In this document: one piece after another, positions 17,602-25,977 of the stretch | Numbering within the stretch: position 1 is the stretch's first letter | Layout: the number at the start of each line of letters is the position of its first letter | Origin: a virus | Lineage: Duplodnaviria; Caudoviricetes | DNA: 59,452 nucleotides | IMG/VR virus record: IMGVR_UViG_3300037961_003462 | Coordinates: 1-59,452 of that record | Reading direction: 5' to 3' (one strand) | Notes under the pieces: generated by a model | What the model was told of the DNA's origin: nothing | Seen by the model: only the letters and a program-made list of their open reading frames with translations | Databases searched by the model: none | Made by a program: the position numbers and the translations under genes

Positions 17602-17667
17602 AACCACGCTATGGTTAGTTAATAGAGGTTCGATTCCTCTACGTGGTTCTACATGCAAGACGCATGT
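17602..17667 (+). ncRNA. tRNA-like minihelix element, copy 1, plus 3' hairpin
   Basis: AACCACG/CGTGGTT stem stacked on TAGAGG-TTCGATT-CCTCTA T-arm. Confidence 0.7.
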
Positions 17668-17708
17668 TAGCCGCGCGATTCTGCGCAATTTATTTTAATC
17701 ATTTTATC

Positions 17709-18074
17709 ATGTCAAAAATTAAGACAAACACAAAGAAAGCCGTTTCATTAACCTCTGTTCTCACAAAAGAGCATAGAGATTTCATTAACAAGACCTACCT
17801 TTCACCTAGTGGTCATATGAAGTATTTCATTCATGACGAACTTGGTAAGAAAGCCATTCGTGCTATTGTAAAAGATAGAAACGAAAAATTTGGTACATCA
17901 GTTACGGTTGAGCAAGTACTTGGTAAAGGTAATCCTAGACATATAATGGAATTCATGTCCGACTACCGTAAGAATTCAAAAGATGGAAAACGCAAAGATG
18001 CAATTTCCATGTACTTCTTTATTCAAGCAATTGGTAAGTTTATCGAAAGCAAAAAAGCTGCTAAGAAAAAGTAA
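17709..18074 (+). CDS. First early gene, basic hypothetical protein
   Basis: ATG 17709 (MSKIKTNTKK), followed by a terminator. Confidence 0.75.
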   Translation: MSKIKTNTKKAVSLTSVLTKEHRDFINKTYLSPSGHMKYFIHDELGKKAIRAIVKDRNEKFGTSVTVEQVLGKGNPRHIMEFMSDYRKNSKDGKRKDAISMYFFIQAIGKFIESKKAAKKK

Positions 18075-18103
18075 GACTACCAGACTTCAGACGATTTTTT
18101 GAT

Positions 18104-18127
18104 AGGGACATTTATGTCCCTTTTTTT
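18104..18127 (+). terminator. Intrinsic terminator
   Basis: AGGGACA-TTTA-TGTCCCT followed by a T run. Confidence 0.75.
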
Positions 18128-18188
18128 ATGCCCTATAGTTAGGGGATTTTTTAACGTGGAATCATTTTCACACTCACTATTTATTACT

Positions 18189-18371
18189 ATGACAAATTTT
18201 ATTTTCTCAAGTTCTGTTCAGTTGAACAGACATTTAGACATCCTTGAAGAAGCAAGGGAGACTCGCCTGGCGGAAATCCGTGAAGAAGCAGACCGCCAGA
18301 TCACCATGCTTATGGCACAAATAGGCGAAGTAGACTTAGGTGAATTAGGTCTAGTCGAATGGGACGTTTAG
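18189..18371 (+). CDS. Small acidic early protein
   Basis: ATG 18189 (MTNFIFSSSVQLNRH). Confidence 0.65.
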   Translation: MTNFIFSSSVQLNRHLDILEEARETRLAEIREEADRQITMLMAQIGEVDLGELGLVEWDV

Positions 18372-18380
18372 GCGTACCAA

Positions 18381-18445
18381 AACCACGTTTGGAATAAATA
18401 GAGGTTCGATTCCTCTGCGTGGTTCAACGTACAATGGTGTGCGTT
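18381..18445 (+). ncRNA. tRNA-like minihelix element, copy 2, plus 3' hairpin
   Basis: AACCACG/CGTGGTT stem stacked on TAGAGG-TTCGATT-CCTCTG T-arm. Confidence 0.7.
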
Positions 18446-18459
18446 ATAAATCAGAATCT

Positions 18460-18657
18460 ATGTATAAAATAGCACGTTTTTTTAATTCGCTAAACTACGT
18501 CTGCATACTTGGTGTGTGCTATATGGTGTTAAGCGAAATCGATTATTGTAAGAATGCAGGAGAACAATTTGATTTGCTCTTCAATGCACTCTTAATCTTG
18601 ATGGCAGGGCAGTACTTCCGTATTGTCAGTTTATTAATCTTAAAAGGAGAGCAATGA
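18460..18657 (+). CDS. Small membrane protein
   Basis: Two hydrophobic segments; ATG 18460. Confidence 0.6.
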   Translation: MYKIARFFNSLNYVCILGVCYMVLSEIDYCKNAGEQFDLLFNALLILMAGQYFRIVSLLILKGEQ

Positions 18658-18947
18658 AAATATTTCACTTTCAATTAGAAGACTCATTGGGTAACAAGAA
18701 AACCCTCATATGTAATCTAAGATTTGGTAGCATACGATACAGATTGTATGGAGGATGGTCAGACAGCGGTATGATATTCAGCGTACAGGACATTCACTTT
18801 AAGAACGGAGGAGACCTACCCGTAAAGCTCTTGTCAGAAAAAGAAAAAACCCACGAATTCTCTCAAAGAGTTTGGAATCTGCTTAAAGATAGTAGTGACA
18901 AACCAAAATGGAGTATACCAGTTAACATAAAATTCGCAGACTTATGA
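18654..18947 (+). CDS. Hypothetical early protein
   Basis: ATGA-coupled ORF. Confidence 0.65.
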   Translation: MKIFHFQLEDSLGNKKTLICNLRFGSIRYRLYGGWSDSGMIFSVQDIHFKNGGDLPVKLLSEKEKTHEFSQRVWNLLKDSSDKPKWSIPVNIKFADL

Positions 18948-19444
18948 AAAATACATACAAGTACGAAATTATCGAACAAGCCGTATCACACGGCAAATTT
19001 TTCACACGCCGAGACTTCTATGGGTTCGTGTGGTGGGCTAGGGAAAAGATATACAAAAGTGAACCTTTCTATGACCAACAGCTTTCCAAGTGGATTAGCG
19101 AGGGGTTGATAGAAAAGGTAGCGAAGAACAAGTATGCGGCTGGGGACTTAGCGGAGACATACCTCGAAGACCCGAAGGTTCATAGGGCAATCATAAAGGA
19201 GCGTAGGGAGAAAAATCAAGTAGACAGCCTCGCCAGATCTTTAGTGGGCACTATGATTCAGAGGGTAATTTGGCTCAACCCAAATGACATGCCTCGTGAT
19301 TGGAGTGGTTCGCCAGTCGTGCTCGTATTGAGTAATGGAATGTGTATCATGCCGCAGCGAGATGACGAAGGAAATGACGCAGGGGCACTGAGAGTGTGCG
19401 ATTGGAATACGATTGATGAAATCGGAATTATTGGTAAGAACTAG
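18944..19444 (+). CDS. Hypothetical early protein (N-terminal winged-helix-like segment)
   Basis: QLSKWISEGLIEKVAKNKY; C-terminal PQRDDEGNDAGAL. Confidence 0.65.
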   Translation: MKNTYKYEIIEQAVSHGKFFTRRDFYGFVWWAREKIYKSEPFYDQQLSKWISEGLIEKVAKNKYAAGDLAETYLEDPKVHRAIIKERREKNQVDSLARSLVGTMIQRVIWLNPNDMPRDWSGSPVVLVLSNGMCIMPQRDDEGNDAGALRVCDWNTIDEIGIIGKN

Positions 19445-19476
19445 AAGTTCAATTTGTTAATGTTAAATAGTAAAGT

Positions 19477-19773
19477 ATGAGTTATATACTAGAGTGGAGA
19501 GAAGTTTTTAATTCACTGAGACGTGAGCTCGGGCAAGACCTTGCAATAAATGATGCAAGCCCAAGTAAAATTGAATGTTCAATCAGACATTGGGGTAATT
19601 GGGATTACGATTGGGAAGAAGGTGGTGATGGTGATATGGTTCTATGTGATAGTTCTAGGTCTGCAATGATAGACATAGTAAAGCACATTCACAACAAGTA
19701 CCCAGCCTTCAACGTCCATTGGTACATGAGTGAAAAGAATTGGATTGATTTTATAATTATAAAAACGATATGA
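19477..19773 (+). CDS. Hypothetical early protein (paralog of 19770-20042)
   Basis: CSIRHWGNW...SEKNWIDFII. Confidence 0.7.
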   Translation: MSYILEWREVFNSLRRELGQDLAINDASPSKIECSIRHWGNWDYDWEEGGDGDMVLCDSSRSAMIDIVKHIHNKYPAFNVHWYMSEKNWIDFIIIKTI

Positions 19774-20042
19774 TGAGACAAGTTTTTTATTCGATTAGGC
19801 GTAGACTACATCCTGTCTACCAACGTGACCTTGAGTTATATTCTCAAGATGACAATGAGTTAGTATGCTGTATCAGAGGGTGGGGTAAGTGGTATGGAGA
19901 TTCTGAATTAGAAGATGAATCAGTTTCCGAACTGCTTAAATTGTGGAACGACATCAAGCAAGACAATCCAGAGTTTGATATTGACTTCGACATTTCAGAG
20001 AAGGAGCGAATTTATTTTATCGTCCAAAAAAGAGAGCAATGA
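19770..20042 (+). CDS. Hypothetical early protein (paralog of 19477-19773)
   Basis: CCIRGWGKW...SEKERIYFIV. Confidence 0.7.
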   Translation: MMRQVFYSIRRRLHPVYQRDLELYSQDDNELVCCIRGWGKWYGDSELEDESVSELLKLWNDIKQDNPEFDIDFDISEKERIYFIVQKREQ

Positions 20043-20206
20043 AAGAGATATCAATTCAAGAATATCAAGCCATGCGTAATGAAGCATGGGATATGATGGT
20101 GGCTACCAATATGGTGGAAAAAAATGATGATTGGCAGTGGCAAGTGTTTGACATGTACTACCACCAATATCTTATTGATGAAAAAAAATTCAAAATAATA
20201 TCATGA
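20039..20206 (+). CDS. Hypothetical protein (55 aa)
   Basis: MKEISIQEYQAMRNEAWDMM; ATGA overlaps at both ends. Confidence 0.65.
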   Translation: MKEISIQEYQAMRNEAWDMMVATNMVEKNDDWQWQVFDMYYHQYLIDEKKFKIIS

Positions 20207-20952
20207 ATTACGTAGAATACTACAAGCGGAATCGCTTACTCAAACCAGGCAGTACGAATGCGAAGACCTCCAAGAGTGAAACGCCTACTGCCATTATGTA
20301 TATGTCCCCGTACAAGGACAATGACTTCGGACGTAACGTCTGTTCACACGCAAAGACCTGTATGAAGCCTTGCCTATCTGAGGCGGGGCGTGGTAAGTTC
20401 AGCAGTGTACGTGTGGCTCGGAGGAACAAGACAAACTTCTTCTTCAGTGACAAACGTGCGTTCCTTGCTCAGCTTAACAATGATCTGGAGCGACTAGCCA
20501 AACGAAAACACACGACTGCTGTACGTATGAATGGCACGAGTGACTTGGACTTCGTGTCTATGCTGCGAGCCATGCTCAAGGTCAACGTGTTCAGTTATGA
20601 GAACTTGCAGTTCTATGACTACACCAAGAATCCCAATCGCGTCAAGCGATACGCTGGCACTAACTATTTACTGACGTTCAGTTACGACGGACAGAATTGG
20701 GATGATGCAGTTACATCAATGACAGAATACAATACGCCTGTATCTGTGGTGTTCAACCTCAAGAAAGGTGAAGCACTGCCGAAGACCTGGCGAGGGTTTG
20801 ATGTCGTGGATGGTGACGTGGCGGATGACATCATGATTGGTAAGAGAGGTAAGTACATACTCGGACTTCGGTTCAAAGGAACTAAGGCTAAGTTGGAGGA
20901 GGGCATCCAGCTTGGCTTTGTAGTAGATAGCCCAAATATTTTCAACTCTTAA
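20203..20952 (+). CDS. GP88-family (radical-SAM-like) protein
   Basis: TNAKTSK, CX5CX3C (CSHAKTCMKPC), VRMNGTSD, QFYDYTK, VVDGD. Confidence 0.75.
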   Translation: MNYVEYYKRNRLLKPGSTNAKTSKSETPTAIMYMSPYKDNDFGRNVCSHAKTCMKPCLSEAGRGKFSSVRVARRNKTNFFFSDKRAFLAQLNNDLERLAKRKHTTAVRMNGTSDLDFVSMLRAMLKVNVFSYENLQFYDYTKNPNRVKRYAGTNYLLTFSYDGQNWDDAVTSMTEYNTPVSVVFNLKKGEALPKTWRGFDVVDGDVADDIMIGKRGKYILGLRFKGTKAKLEEGIQLGFVVDSPNIFNS

Positions 20953-20960
20953 ATATAGTT

Positions 20961-21164
20961 ATGGGATACAGAACAATATTTTATTACGAGACCTACGATG
21001 GGATAAGACATCATTTTCTCACACGATTTTGCTACCGTCCAGCGTCCACAAAGGCATGGAAACAATTAAAGAAAATGCTCAGTGATAAGAAGGATAATAT
21101 CCGTTGTATAGGTTATGATATAGGCGATGAGCCAATTGTTAAACAATTAAATAAGGAAACGTGA
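20961..21164 (+). CDS. Hypothetical protein
   Basis: ORF in early operon. Confidence 0.6.
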   Translation: MGYRTIFYYETYDGIRHHFLTRFCYRPASTKAWKQLKKMLSDKKDNIRCIGYDIGDEPIVKQLNKET

Positions 21165-21451
21165 AAGAAAAAGTATTTGACCAAAAGATTTATAACATCA
21201 TTCTAATACATACTGCGAGAACGTGGGAACGCATTAGAGTTAAGCAACCACATCAAGAGATGCCTATTGATAATATAGAGTCAACGGAATGTATTGAAGA
21301 AGTAGCGATTGAAATCATTTATGACGATGTTGTCCAAGAGTTCTTAGAAACAAGAGATTGGTTGGTGTGGGTAAAAGTAAGTGGTGCTATGAGTGATGCC
21401 TACATTGAATCATTGGCAGAACAAATAATAAGAAAAAATTTTATTGACTAA
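21161..21451 (+). CDS. Acidic hypothetical protein (GTG start)
   Basis: GTGA overlap. Confidence 0.6.
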   Translation: MKEKVFDQKIYNIILIHTARTWERIRVKQPHQEMPIDNIESTECIEEVAIEIIYDDVVQEFLETRDWLVWVKVSGAMSDAYIESLAEQIIRKNFID

Positions 21452-21465
21452 TTAAATAAGGAAGT

Positions 21466-21684
21466 ATGAGTAATACAACGTTTGAACAAGCCAAGAAAGT
21501 GCTTGAGGATTTAGGGTATGTGGTAGATGTTGCTCACATATCTACAGTGACTGACCATTACGAGTGTACAGATGAGGACGCTAGGGAAGTATTAAAGGAT
21601 GTGTATGAGGTGATCTGGCATACAATCAAAGAACGTGTGCATGACAGATGTGAGGATTTACAATTTAAAAATAAGGACGAATGA
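21466..21684 (+). CDS. Acidic hypothetical protein
   Basis: ORF in early operon. Confidence 0.65.
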   Translation: MSNTTFEQAKKVLEDLGYVVDVAHISTVTDHYECTDEDAREVLKDVYEVIWHTIKERVHDRCEDLQFKNKDE

Positions 21685-21770
21685 GTGAGGAAACATTATA
21701 CGACATTTTTATGACAGCCATATGCTTCGCAATCGTAGCACTTGGGATTTTATCATTTATCATTTTATAA
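21681..21770 (+). CDS. Micro membrane protein (29 aa)
   Basis: MSEETLYDIFMTAICFAIVALGILSFIIL; ATGA overlap, exactly fills the gap. Confidence 0.55.
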   Translation: MSEETLYDIFMTAICFAIVALGILSFIIL

Positions 21771-21772
21771 TC

Positions 21773-22039
21773 ATGGAAGACAATAAACTAATAGCAGAAT
21801 TTATGGGGTATTCACCTGTAAGCGGTGTATATGTAAGCCGTAAAGATGAATTTCATATTGATGAAATGCAATACGACATATCTTGGGATTGGTTGATGCC
21901 AGTAGTGGAGAAGTGTTATGAAAGTGGTGCTGAAGAAAACGAAGTGGGAGATATAACACACGCTCTGTTGGATTGCGACAGAAAAGAAACGCACAAAGCA
22001 GTAGTAGAATTTATTAAACAATTAAATAAGAAATCGTGA
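21773..22039 (+). CDS. Hypothetical protein (phage ABA-sandwich-like)
   Basis: NKLIAEFMG...YDISWDWLMPVVEK. Confidence 0.65.
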   Translation: MEDNKLIAEFMGYSPVSGVYVSRKDEFHIDEMQYDISWDWLMPVVEKCYESGAEENEVGDITHALLDCDRKETHKAVVEFIKQLNKKS

Positions 22040-22275
22040 AGTACAAAAGACACTTAGTAGAACTGAAATCAGTTGGGAGTTTTGTAGACGTTATAAACTC
22101 TATAATCTACCCGGCAAACAAGGATGGTACGCCAGACTTTAACTGTCCAACGGCATTGTCGTTTGACTTTGACGAGTTTCTCGATGACAACTCAGAGTGG
22201 TGGGATGCCATGAGTAAAGAGGACAACACTCTGTTGTGGAGTACAATGTTAAAAATAGCAAAGGAATTAAATTAG
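22036..22275 (+). CDS. Hypothetical protein (GTG start)
   Basis: GTGA overlap. Confidence 0.6.
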   Translation: MKYKRHLVELKSVGSFVDVINSIIYPANKDGTPDFNCPTALSFDFDEFLDDNSEWWDAMSKEDNTLLWSTMLKIAKELN

Positions 22276-22280
22276 AAATT

Positions 22281-22631
22281 ATGGGAAGATATTATACAGG
22301 AGATATAGAAGGTAAGTTCATGTTCGCTGTTCAAGGCAGCGACGCTGGAGAGCGATTCGGTGCAGTTGAAAGCAATGTGATAAGTTATTCAGTATCTAGG
22401 GGATGTTACGATGACATCGTAAAGGAGCTCAAGTCCATTGAGGATAGCGGATGCTTAGAGAGAGCGGAGGCAAGAATGAGAGAAGGCTACGACATGAAAT
22501 CGCCTTTCGTTCAGACTCCAGAGAGGAAAGACCTAGAAGAATACGCCGACTACCGAATGGGTAAGAAAATCAAGCAGTGGTTTGATGACAATCCAGATGA
22601 TGATTACCTATACTTTGACGCAGAATGTTAA
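22281..22631 (+). CDS. Hypothetical protein
   Basis: MGRYYTGDIEGKFMFAVQ; ATG 22281. Confidence 0.7.
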   Translation: MGRYYTGDIEGKFMFAVQGSDAGERFGAVESNVISYSVSRGCYDDIVKELKSIEDSGCLERAEARMREGYDMKSPFVQTPERKDLEEYADYRMGKKIKQWFDDNPDDDYLYFDAEC

Positions 22632-22725
22632 TGGGTGTTAAAAATTTGTTATTGCAAATTATTATTTGTAAAATTGTTAAAATTACTTTCAAAAAGAGTG
22701 CATTCACACTCACTAAAACTAAATT

Positions 22726-23040
22726 ATGAATAAACTACACTTAAAAGATTTTTGGATTGAAGAAATCAAAGAGATTGCTAGGGGTAACCTGGTGGACTTG
22801 GACGTTGTGTTCACGCTCGATGATACCGCAGTGCCTATCAAATGGCAAAAGAAGTTAATACCAATGGAAAATATAGAGCAGTTCTACTACGACGAGGGGT
22901 TAGACCAGCGTGAGTTGAAAGGGCCGCCCCACCTTGACGCTTCGTATGACAGGGTTTGGAGGGTTGATTTTTGGGATGAGGTAAAAGACGGATACCTAGA
23001 AAAGTTCGTCAAGGGTTATTTAATTGAAAACTTAAAATAG
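22726..23040 (+). CDS. Hypothetical protein
   Basis: ORF with A-rich start. Confidence 0.65.
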   Translation: MNKLHLKDFWIEEIKEIARGNLVDLDVVFTLDDTAVPIKWQKKLIPMENIEQFYYDEGLDQRELKGPPHLDASYDRVWRVDFWDEVKDGYLEKFVKGYLIENLK

Positions 23041-23045
23041 AATTT

Positions 23046-23429
23046 ATGGGAATGTTTAGTTGGATTACAATGGATACGGGAAGAAGTATCCGAAATAGAC
23101 ACGCTGAGGACTACAAGCCACGGACAGTGTATATGCGAGACCAGAAGGGAAACGTGTGGACAGAGCATGATTACGATGGGTATGGTGTCTTCGGTGGCAA
23201 GGACTTCTATCAGTTGCTTGCAGAGATGAATGAGGTCGAGGGGTTGACTGGTGACGTGAACAATGACCGGCAGATTGGTATAGACTTGGCGTTCAGTAAT
23301 GAGGCGCACATATCACCGACACTCAATGCGCATTATCATTCGGATTGGGTTAATGAGCACAATCAAACGTGCCCTGACCAAGGTTATTTCTGTCAAGATG
23401 AAAATGAGGATGATGATGAGACATGGTAG
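23046..23429 (+). CDS. Hypothetical protein
   Basis: MGMFSWITMD...YDGYGVFGGKDFY...CPDQGYF. Confidence 0.7.
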   Translation: MGMFSWITMDTGRSIRNRHAEDYKPRTVYMRDQKGNVWTEHDYDGYGVFGGKDFYQLLAEMNEVEGLTGDVNNDRQIGIDLAFSNEAHISPTLNAHYHSDWVNEHNQTCPDQGYFCQDENEDDDETW

Positions 23430-24282
23430 TTTATTTTCAGGTATAGGTGGTTTTGATCTGGCAGCTCAATGGATGGGTTGGCAGAACGTATTCCACTGCG
23501 AATGGGAAGAGTTCCCACGCAAAATATTAAAACATCATTTTCCTAAATCAGTATCATATGGAGACATTAAAAAAACAGACTTTACTATTCACAGAGGACA
23601 AATCGATATCCTCTCAGGCGGGTTCCCCTGCCAACCTTACTCCGTCGCAGGAAAGAGAGAAGGTAAAAACGACGATAGACACCTCTGGCCGGAAATGCTT
23701 AGAGCAATACGAGAAATTAAACCAAGGTACGTCGTGGGCGAAAACGTTCGTGGACTGCTTAGTTGGAATGGAGGATTGGTTTTCGATGAGGTGCAAACTG
23801 ACTTGGAAAATGAAGGCTTCGAAGTCATCTCGTTTATACTTCCAGCTGCAAGCGTCAACGCCCCGCACAAAAGAGACAGGGTATGGTTTGTTGCTCACGC
23901 CAACGACCAGGGAGGACGTGGTAAACTTGGAGACATTTCAAAAGCGAATGGAGAAGTATCCCAACGGAACGACTATGCCGAATTTAGCTACCCAAGTAAG
24001 CAGCATGATGCTACCAACGCCCAAGGTTCAGGACGAACGCCATGCACTGAGGGACAGGGGCAAGAGCAATCTAGGCGAGGAGATGGCAGAGGTCGGATAT
24101 CAACGCACTGGGACTCCTTCCCATCTCAACCCCCTGTTCTGTGCGGAGATGATGGGATTCCCCGTGAATTGGACGGTATCACCTTTCCTAAGTGGAGAAA
24201 AGAATCAATCAAAGGATACGGCAACGCAATAGTTCCCCAGGTAGTGTATCCCATATTCAAAGCAATCGAAAGATTGGATTAG
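23416..24282 (+). CDS. DNA (cytosine-5) methyltransferase, large (alpha) subunit
   Basis: Motif I SLFSGIGG, IV GGFPCQ, VI ENV, VIII HKRDRVW, X YGNAIVP; motif IX not visible in this frame. Confidence 0.9.
   Translation: MRHGSLFSGIGGFDLAAQWMGWQNVFHCEWEEFPRKILKHHFPKSVSYGDIKKTDFTIHRGQIDILSGGFPCQPYSVAGKREGKNDDRHLWPEMLRAIREIKPRYVVGENVRGLLSWNGGLVFDEVQTDLENEGFEVISFILPAASVNAPHKRDRVWFVAHANDQGGRGKLGDISKANGEVSQRNDYAEFSYPSKQHDATNAQGSGRTPCTEGQGQEQSRRGDGRGRISTHWDSFPSQPPVLCGDDGIPRELDGITFPKWRKESIKGYGNAIVPQVVYPIFKAIERLD
23558..24232 (+). CDS. Nested alternative-frame ORF: C5-methyltransferase small (beta) subunit
   Basis: 224-aa open frame inside the MTase gene ending in motif IX-like HLNPLFCAEMMGFPVNWT; two TRD-like L(L/P)TP...NL units. 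Confidence 0.7.
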   Translation: METLKKQTLLFTEDKSISSQAGSPANLTPSQEREKVKTTIDTSGRKCLEQYEKLNQGTSWAKTFVDCLVGMEDWFSMRCKLTWKMKASKSSRLYFQLQASTPRTKETGYGLLLTPTTREDVVNLETFQKRMEKYPNGTTMPNLATQVSSMMLPTPKVQDERHALRDRGKSNLGEEMAEVGYQRTGTPSHLNPLFCAEMMGFPVNWTVSPFLSGEKNQSKDTATQ

Positions 24283-24301
24283 TTAACCCTCAATAAATTA
24301 A

Positions 24302-24511
24302 ATGGAATTAAGTAAACATCAGAAGAAAGAAAGGCTGACCAGCATAAAGCAACACGTCAGCATAATGAAGGACCATCTTGTAGATATGTACAAGTTAATG
24401 GATGATATGGATAGTCGCACAAGGATAGAGGTGCGAGATAATATTAGTAATGTCAAGGATGAATTGAATGCAATTCTCTTGGCGAGTAAATGGCACTTTG
24501 AAACTAAGTAA
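24302..24511 (+). CDS. Hypothetical coiled-coil protein
   Basis: ORF in operon. Confidence 0.6.
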   Translation: MELSKHQKKERLTSIKQHVSIMKDHLVDMYKLMDDMDSRTRIEVRDNISNVKDELNAILLASKWHFETK

Positions 24512-24700
24512 ATGAATAAGCATAAAATGGAACAGACCGTAGAATTTTTTACAAGGTATTTAGAATTCGTAAAGACGATTGATAAAAACCTACACCACTC
24601 AGCTGTTATGTACGCAGTTGTTAACTCTGATCGCATCGAGACTGACGAGTCTGATGACGTTAATGTAAACGCTCAAGACGTTGAGCTCAAATCAAATTAA
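24512..24700 (+). CDS. Hypothetical protein
   Basis: ORF in operon. Confidence 0.55.
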   Translation: MNKHKMEQTVEFFTRYLEFVKTIDKNLHHSAVMYAVVNSDRIETDESDDVNVNAQDVELKSN

Positions 24701-25012
24701 ATGAATCATAAAGAGAAGTTTGATCGGTGCGTTGGAGTTGTGTCCAGGCGTACAGGAGTTCCTGAGAAGAAGATTCTCTCAGGGGCTAGGGCAAAGCCCG
24801 TGGTTGATGCAAGGCATCTATTGTATTACAGTTGTCATCGTATGGGGATGGGCATAAGCTACATCATACCATATATAACTATGGCTACTGACGGCAAGAT
24901 GTCTCCAGTGTACAACTCTATCGGGTACGCCATTGAGAAGGTTCATGTCTTGGCTAAGAATAGCGACGACCTGAATGATATGATAAACGAAATAGTTAAC
25001 GAATGCAGTTAG
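24701..25012 (+). CDS. DnaA C-terminal (domain IV) HTH-like protein
   Basis: ILSGARAKPVVDARHLLYY. Confidence 0.55.
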   Translation: MNHKEKFDRCVGVVSRRTGVPEKKILSGARAKPVVDARHLLYYSCHRMGMGISYIIPYITMATDGKMSPVYNSIGYAIEKVHVLAKNSDDLNDMINEIVNECS

Positions 25013-25085
25013 ACGATATATATGTAAACATAGTTTGCGTTTTAGTCTTTCTAACATATTTTTCTATACTAATTAGATATATCAT

Positions 25086-25421
25086 ATGGGGAGAGTAATT
25101 AATGATTTGTACCTAGAAGCAATGGATGCCTCTGAAGGTATTCATTTTGACAACGCCTGCATTTTTGCAGGATACAAAATCAGTAAAAACAAGGATGGCG
25201 AGGTAAGGGTGTTAGAAACAGGATCACATAGCAGGTCCAACTATCGTCCAGCAACCGAGGAGTCCATTGAACTTTTATTGAAAAATGGTTGGGTATCAGG
25301 AGTTAAACAACTATATTTAAAAAAGTACCACGATTTGGCGGAAAGGTCAGATGATAAGTGGGCTTTATTTGCTAATAATAAATTAAATCGATTTTATGAG
25401 CGTTTTCCAGAAATTAAGTAG
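25086..25421 (+). CDS. Hypothetical protein
   Basis: First ORF of recombination block. Confidence 0.65.
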   Translation: MGRVINDLYLEAMDASEGIHFDNACIFAGYKISKNKDGEVRVLETGSHSRSNYRPATEESIELLLKNGWVSGVKQLYLKKYHDLAERSDDKWALFANNKLNRFYERFPEIK

Positions 25422-25977
25422 TATACCAATTAAAGACCGGGTAAAGAGAAAGGGTCAGTTAGATTATGTGTCATGGGCAGATGCCTGGTCACTAATTAAG
25501 AAGCATTATCCTGAAGCTCAACGTACAGTATATGAACACGAGCACACAGGTCTTAACTTCTTCAGTGATGGGCATACAGCATATGTCAAGGTCGGAATAA
25601 CCATTGAGGGGCTAGAGCATATTGATATGCTTCCTGTGATGGACTACCGTAACAAGGCTATATCTGTAGATGCCATGACAGCATTCGATGTCAACAAAAC
25701 AATCCAGCGGTCAACTGCCAAGGCGATTGCCATGCATGGTCTAGGGTTGCAGTTGTGGACGGGTGAGGACTTGCCTGGAAGCAAGCAAGAGAATCCACCA
25801 AAGAAGACTAACAAGAAGCCCACGCTAAAGGTTGGTGATTCTAATTGGGGTAAGGTTGTCCAGTATGTAAAGGCAAACAAAGGCAAGGTTCAGTTTGATG
25901 AATTGGTATCTAATCTTGAAACCAAATATGCTAAATTGTCTCAGGCGGTAATCAAAGAACTCAAGAAGAATGTCTAG
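25396..25977 (+). CDS. Sak3/DUF1071-like single-strand annealing protein
   Basis: LDYVSWADAW, LPVMDYRNK, NKTIQRSTAKAIAMHGLGL. Confidence 0.8.
   Translation: MSVFQKLSSIPIKDRVKRKGQLDYVSWADAWSLIKKHYPEAQRTVYEHEHTGLNFFSDGHTAYVKVGITIEGLEHIDMLPVMDYRNKAISVDAMTAFDVNKTIQRSTAKAIAMHGLGLQLWTGEDLPGSKQENPPKKTNKKPTLKVGDSNWGKVVQYVKANKGKVQFDELVSNLETKYAKLSQAVIKELKKNV

Noticed and set aside
17431-17622. 63-aa ORF inside the structured leader
   Set aside because: No protein-like features, overlaps paired regions and the tRNA-like element; probably incidental.
17602-17648. attP site or true tRNA gene
   Set aside because: No D or anticodon arms, no integrase in the genome, and both stem strands are conserved in two copies, which fits an RNA structure better.
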